Positions 62,798 through 64,000 of a stretch of DNA of 64,000 nt are shown here, piece after piece. The first letter of the stretch is position 1. Every line of letters begins with the position of its first letter. The position numbers and the translations under genes are program-made. Under the pieces are notes generated by a model. The model was not told the DNA's origin, searched no databases, and saw only the letters and a list, made by a program, of their open reading frames with translations. Origin of the DNA: Octopus sinensis (Eukaryota); the NCBI RefSeq assembly GCF_006345805.1, contig NC_042997.1, positions 32,736,001 to 32,800,000 on the forward strand, written 5' to 3'.

Positions 62798-63823
62798 CAG
62801 AGCTTGGACAAAATAATGGAAACAATTAGCATCATAATTTTGAAATATCTATAAAACTGTCAAAAGCATGTTTATTTTTATGTCTTTTTGATTTATTATT
62901 AGTGTTGCTAAAATTCCTGTTTCTTTTCAGATATCATCAGAAAAAGTTGATTAAAATGACAGATCAATCGAATTTTTAAACAGGTCAAATTGTTGGTGCT
63001 CGTATGGCAGCCATAAGCATACTGAATACAGCTGAAATGCTTGGTGTATCAAGAAGTATTGTCTCGAAAGTAATGACAGCCTTTGAAAAAGAGAGAAAAA
63101 CCTTCTTGTTGAAACAAAACTCAGGAAGAAAACCAAAACTTTCAAATAGGGAGTGGAGTAAAAACCTACAGAATTGGTCCCCAGAGCAGTAGAAGGAGGT
63201 TATTTTCTCAGATGAGTCATCCTTTACCTTATTTCTCACCACTGACGGAGTATACATGAGTTGACAGCCAAAAGAAGCATTTGACCCAGACTGCCTTCTT
63301 CCAACTGTTAAACATGGAGGAAGATCTGTGATCTGGAGGTGGGGGGGGGGCTATATTTTGGAAATCCACCAGCCCAATGGTAGAATCAATAGTCAAGACT
63401 ATTTAAGCTTTTATGTGAGCAAATTCATCCTATGGTTGCAGAACTGCTTCCGCAGGGAAACACGATCTTTCAGGATGATAATGCCCCAATTCACACAGCT
63501 AAAGTTATTACTAAATGGCACAAGGAACATACTAGTGAAGTTGAACATATCTGGCCACCACTGTCCCCAGATCTCAATATTATTGAACATTTATGGTGAA
63601 TTTTAGAAAAACAAGGAGTCGATATCCTCCATCATCACTACAAGAACTGGAGACTGCTGTAGCTGAAGAATGGACAAAAATTCCTTTGGAAACAATTCAA
63701 ACTGTGTATGAGTCGATACCTCACAGAATTCAAGCTGTAATTACTGCCAAAGGTGGTCCTACCCATATTAAAATAAATTTGTTTGAAATTCTAAGGTGTT
63801 TCCATTATTTTGTCCAACTCCTG
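62798..63823 (+). mobile_element. Tc1/mariner transposon, internally deleted and decayed
   Basis: TA|CAG...TTGGACAAAATAATGGAAACA TIRs...CTG|TA. Remnants GQIVGARMA, FSDESSF, FQDDNAP and SPDLNIIEHLW (DDE motifs). Confidence 0.92.
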
Positions 63824-64000
63824 TACTTCAATACTTCTTTAATTTTAAAGTACTATGCCACTCATTTTTTATCATAAAATCTTTTTGGTAGTTCTGTGTT
63901 AGAGATGTAGATGGGTGAACAAAATTTGAAGATACTCATTAATAATGAGAATGTTAACATCACAATTATTTAACCTTTTTGATAGCAGCTCATCTGAGAC

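Overview
AT-rich, repeat-dense eukaryotic genomic DNA. The SINE/LINE families point to an octopod cephalopod (inference). The main gene is the 5' part of an axonemal beta-type dynein heavy chain (DNAH9/11/17 family) on the minus strand. I reconstructed 12 coding exons (37767 down to 693; 2040 nt, 680 codons) with GT-AG junctions and consistent phases, and the gene continues beyond base 1. An RFX X-box-like motif cluster lies just upstream of its ATG. An unexplained intronless 312-codon ORF lies at 48242-49180 (-). The rest is transposon-derived: three tRNA-derived SINE families, RTE- and CR1-like LINE pieces, Penelope-like remnants, non-autonomous Helitrons, hAT/piggyBac/Merlin-like MITEs, a Tc1 element and a solo LTR. 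The most interesting non-obvious signals are (1) minimal hammerhead-ribozyme motifs in Penelope-like termini inside dynein introns, including one with a canonical core at 26300-26342; (2) apparent Helitron read-through capture of dynein intron DNA, copied about 26 kb away; (3) a solo LTR carrying YY1/ETS/NRF1 motifs in intron 1; (4) the orphan ORF; (5) SINE multimers with a fixed junction; and (6) a 700-bp A4T4 satellite. No CRISPR arrays, rRNA or true tRNA genes were seen. All calls are by eye, without database searches.
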